Assembly (NCBI GenBank): GCA_000934665.2
Contig: KZ538170.1
Span: forward strand, 62,001 to 108,665
From: Catajapyx aquilonaris
Taxonomy: Eukaryota
DNA length: 46,665 nucleotides
Direction: 5' to 3'
Below, in pieces: positions 42,601-46,665 of the stretch (positions are counted from its first letter, which is position 1; each line of letters begins with the position of its first letter). Under the pieces are notes generated by a model. That model saw only the letters and a program-made list of their open reading frames with translations, made no database searches and was not told the origin of the DNA. A program made the position numbers and the translations under genes.

Positions 42601-43014
42601 GATTTCGTATTAGTTTATTATTACTATTTATTTATTTATTACTGCTTATTTATATTGATTTATTACTGATAGATTGATTTATTATTGGTTGGTTGATATG
42701 ATTTTTATGAATAAATTATTAGTAACTTATTAGTAATTTATCAAGTCTTATTTTTGTTAATTTATTATTTCTGTATGATTATTAATTTTAGTTATTGCTA
42801 TTGCTGATTATTATTAGTTTCATTTATTGCTATTTATTATTACTTATTAATTTTATATTTACTGCTTGTTTATTATTTGTTAATTCAATGTTTTTATTGA
42901 TTTTTATTGATAATTATATTATTAATTCATTCTTTCTTACAGGTTCACCTGAACTTCGGAATGTTTCCAGGATTCCAGTACGAACGGTACGACCCTCAGC
43001 TGGAAATGTACTGA
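39426..43014 (+). CDS. Wsck: Wsck-type receptor tyrosine (pseudo)kinase: signal peptide, WSC, FN3, TM, kinase; about 757 aa; exons 39426-39486, 40102-40231, 40287-41064, 41119-41834, 41887-42403, 42943-43014
   Basis: Signal peptide MMWLLRAALLLVCPVLWAHA; WSC domain YVGCFKD..C...C....YAGLQ...CFCG; FN3 W.AP..PNGAITGY..L.PGTKYNVTV; TM LILGLSVAIGVFGFLLLASVIVYVCL; kinase LGRGQFG..SDAWSFGVLLWEI..CWQ.DP.ERPTF. All phases are consistent. Confidence 0.92.
39652..39688. repeat. (TTA)n microsatellite
   Basis: About 12 TTA units in Wsck intron 1. Confidence 0.9.
39723..39990. repeat. Minisatellite of CATGG(C/T/A)AAC units at 12/16-bp spacing (X-box-like)
   Basis: About 18 units; includes a full GTTACCATGGCAAC at 39789-39802. 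Confidence 0.9.
42404..42942. repeat. AT-rich low-complexity (TTA/TTTA-like) sequence filling the last Wsck intron
   Basis: Degenerate TTATT/TTAGT/TTGAT units throughout the 539-bp intron. Confidence 0.8.
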
Positions 43015-45489
43015 GCGGTACGCCTGCTTCCCGATTCTAGTCGTTAAAATGCCGGCCATGAATACAGAGTAAATCTGATGAGTCAATTGCTACAAATTCT
43101 TTTTCAGGACATGTACTTTTTATATCGTGTAATGACAGCATGTAATTTTGTTACCATTTGAATTTGTGCAACTGTGCAATTGAATTTCTTATTGTTCGTA
43201 AGATAATTTTTTAATTACCAGTCTGTCACAGGCTACGGGCACTGCAATATGTGTTTCACGGAATCGAACAAGACAGTTCTTGCACAGAATTAATTAAATG
43301 ACACAGCCATGTAAAATGGGTGTCATTTATGAATGATGTGCATGCAATTACTGTTTTTTTTTTTTTTAATGTGCAGAGCCAGTTATCACTAATTGTGTCG
43401 CAATTATTGCAAGGTTTGAACAAACATTTTTTTGTAATGTACTAAGCTCTAATTGTTTTCACCAGCACAAGTGGAGGGTTTAATTTCTCACTGAAAGTAC
43501 TTGCAAGGTTGTGTTGTACTTAAATGTTTCAGTATTTGATAGTGCAGCTCAAAAATACACTTAATGAAACAATTTATATTTAGGTTGCGATTTGTGGTAA
43601 ATCGTGTCATGCTCAGTAATTATGTGTTGCATTTAAAAAATGCATTTTATTTTTACCTCGACGTAAACTGCGAATCTCAAATTTTTTAAAGCACTGAAAG
43701 TGAAGAGATTATAAAGCAACATTCATGTGTACTTATTTCTGCGAAAGGTGAAAAGATCTTAATTTTGTTTCATGTACAAAAGTATTTTTCAATGGAATTA
43801 TAATGTATGAACCAGATCGCTTTACATCTCCAATGATTCCATTTCCAGGGACATATCGTTTGTTTCCTCTTGGTCTCCTTGCAATTAATGTTTGTATTAT
43901 TAACAACACATTGTACTTATTATATTTTTTTATATTATTCTGTGGTATGTTTAATAATTTATTATACCAGCAGCCATGCTAGCAGAGGAACACGTGGCCA
44001 AAAAATGCTATTGTGCAAATCCTAATTTATGGTATCTTAACCAAACCTGGATAATCAAAATTGAAGTATGGCTTCGCATTCTTGGAGAACTGGTCCAGTG
44101 GTCCTCGTTTGGATCCGCATCCCTGGGGACCTCAATCACCCACTCCTCTTTCTCGGCCTGGGCCTTCCATAGGCAGGAACCTGGCAGCAGGACAATACGG
44201 TGCTAATCGCAGCTAATTTAGAAGGAGAAAACAATTTAACGTGTTTGTCATGACTCATGTAAACACACACAACACATATGTTGCTCATGTTTACGTGAGT
44301 CACGACTATGGTGGCGAGCTGGATTGGTGAAAAGCCACACCGCCAGCGACAAGGCTCCAACTCATGGTGCGGGACGCTTTTCCTGCTTTTTTATTCTTTA
44401 CTCAAAAATCAAAGTAATTTAAGCAATAATATATTATTGAACGAAATTTTGGAATGTTGGCTTAAAGTGAAGTTACTTAGCAGGAAAAATGCCGTGCCAT
44501 CCAGCCCCTCGAGGGACATATAGCACGCTAACTACACAAGTACAACAATGCAAAATCGCAAACAAGTTGCAATGATTATGTCATAATGGATACAATACTT
44601 GCCAAGAAAATACCTGAGTTTCCTGCGTCTCCTGTTATGCCATCTATAGTTCATAGATATTAAAGGCTGGCCTTTAATATTTCATGACCTAGTTCAAATG
44701 GCTGCAGCATGTTCTTCTGGTACCTTTGTAGTGCCATTATGGGAGTACGATAATGTAATGGTGGAAGGGGGACAGAGGTCACAAACAGCACTGATGTACT
44801 ACAAACCGGCATCGTAGTATATCACATGCCATAACACTAGATAATAATATCCGAGATACCAATAACACATATCCATATTTAGTACCACATCACTGTTTAT
44901 CTTAAAACAATGCAATACAGTGGGGGATGCTACAAAGTACACAAAACATTTGTTCAGCGATTATGCCTCATTGTTGAGACATAAATTATGCAAAGGGCTG
45001 GTGGTACGTTACACTGGGGATTGGTATATAAGGTTCCGACGTATTCCCACTGATAAATGGCCGGTACCTCTCTTCTGCCGAATGACTCTAACAAGGCCCA
45101 ATAAAAATCGAGATGAAAATGGCCTTATGCCCACACCGGCGAGGGTGACCTGATAGGTCCAATGGGCGAACAAACGGTGATTCTAAGAGGTCATGTACGC
45201 TGTGACCTCGGACCACTGAGCTATATTCATACCGGTACCTTGGACGGGCCAACAGGTGACCGTCCCTTCGTTCTGAATCTGTCTGTGTGGGCACACGACC
45301 ACTATTCGTCCCACAAGTGACGGAAGATGTACGGACAGAGTAATTCTCGCTTGATTAACCCTTGATTTCAGACTATCCTGAACAAGAAACGCTCCTGACT
45401 TTGCCTAATCTAACACAGATTTCTTTCCTACGCGTGTAAATTCTGCAGGTGGTGCTGAAAGAGAAACGGTTCTATAACCTGACCGTGAA

Positions 45490-45830
45490 CCTGACTCATC
45501 CTGCTCTATAGCAAATTGAGAATCTTGAGGATATTACTGAAATGTTGAAAAGTAAGCTAACCGACCTACACAGCAGAGAAGACACAAGTCGCAAACAAAA
45601 CATTATTTTCCACGAAGCGATATCCGGCATCATACCCAAAACAATACGCCAAACGCAGGTGTTGGCTTAAAAGTTGAAACATACTGTATGTTACCTGAAC
45701 GTACTACCTGAAAGAAAATACCTGAAAAAAAGACGACTCTGACCTTTATGAAGGGCCACTGCAGACACAATCATTACCTATAAGACCGTAATGATCATAA
45801 TACCCGTGGAAGCTTTCCACATATTGCATC
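45490..45830 (+). mobile_element. Probable decayed non-LTR retrotransposon ORF1 fragment
   Basis: Reads QIENLEDITEMLKSKLTDLHSREDTSRKQNIIFHE, resembling the coiled-coil followed by the LEDRSRRNNI motif of L1/CR1/L2-type ORF1; the frame is broken by stops. Confidence 0.45.
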
Positions 45831-46191
45831 ATTCATTGTAGGCGACCGGCAACTATTACATTCGCACTGATCGAAAAAATCACCTTATTGTTGTTGCCCT
45901 CACCAGTAAGGTTTTTTTTTTTTTTTTGAAATGTTGCACTCACACACACACACACACCTTGTTTTGTGCTCAATTTTCTTCCCATTATTTGCTGTACCTG
46001 CCTATAGAACCAGATCCCATTTTTCTGAAAGCACTCATATTATACAGTGCTGAATATTTGAAGCGTGATAGTGACAAACTATATCAAAACCTAGCCTGAC
46101 AAATGAACAGCTTTGGCTTCAGCAGTGGTTGAGCATATACACAAAGCCTATAATATACTCATGAATATCTACAAATTATTATTGGATGCTA

Positions 46192-46249
46192 CCTGGATCG
46201 GGTCAAAGTGAAATAACTATTTGGTTATTTCACTTTGACCCAATCCAGG
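46192..46249. repeat. Inverted repeat / hairpin, 26-bp arms, 6-nt loop
   Basis: CCTGGATCGGGTCAAAGTGAAATAAC-TATTTG-GTTATTTCACTTTGACCCAATCCAGG, one mismatch. Confidence 0.85.
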
Positions 46250-46493
46250 GGTCGTTTTGAGTGCTTCCAAAGTATATATAGTGTCATCATTGGCGCGTGA
46301 CTCCTTGGTCACACACTCACGAAGGCCTATTACAGTATTTTGTGAACCTATTTCCAATTGCTTACAGATGATGAAATCAAAGGCGTGAATACCAATGCAT
46401 CCGTTGAATCACGTTACCTGCAAGCTACAGGATTAGCAGTTATATTATTTTGCAAAAGCTAGACTCCTGGTGAAATGTTTTTCTGTCAAATTC

Positions 46494-46534
<41 letters not shown>
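46494..46534. repeat. (CAA)n microsatellite
   Basis: About 13-14 CAA units. Confidence 0.95.
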
Positions 46535-46535
<1 letters not shown>

Positions 46536-46665
46536 TCACGACATTTCCCTATGAGGGGTAGTCAGCGATGAAGGGAGATGCAAGCTAACCCAACATATGA
46601 ACTAATAAAACTCTTGAGAAAGAACCTAAAAACAACCTGTCCCACCCCCCCCCCCACCCCTGCCC

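Noticed and set aside
44028..44180. Selenocysteine read-through (GD*GPQGC) in one minus-strand frame
   Set aside because: No recognisable selenoprotein motif or SECIS element; another frame is open without a stop.
46368..46462. Possible plus-strand exon after TTGCTTACAG
   Set aside because: Short, with no homology and no linked upstream exon that I can support.

Overview
Eukaryotic, almost certainly arthropod, genomic DNA: it has GT-AG introns, (TTAGG)n-type repeats, variant ionotropic receptors, a Wsck-type kinase and one 218-nt assembly gap. From left to right: (1) a minus-strand tandem array of four intact intronless ionotropic-receptor (IR, iGluR-derived chemoreceptor) genes plus one doubly deleted IR pseudogene (0.6-11.4 kb); (2) a plus-strand Shisa-family single-pass membrane gene, reconstructed by hand from five exons (12.3-25.9 kb), whose signal-peptide exon I could not find, so the IR array may be nested antisense in its first intron; (3) introns and intergenic DNA with several MITE families; (4) a compact block with a head-to-head pair of divergent 2-Cys peroxiredoxins, PUM3/penguin, and the receptor pseudokinase Wsck. 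The most notable observations are the IR/Shisa juxtaposition, a positionally conserved motif about 130-140 bp upstream of each IR, gene-conversion and mosaic signatures among the IRs, the altered active site of one peroxiredoxin, and an RFX X-box-like minisatellite. All gene models and counts were read by eye; no database search was run.
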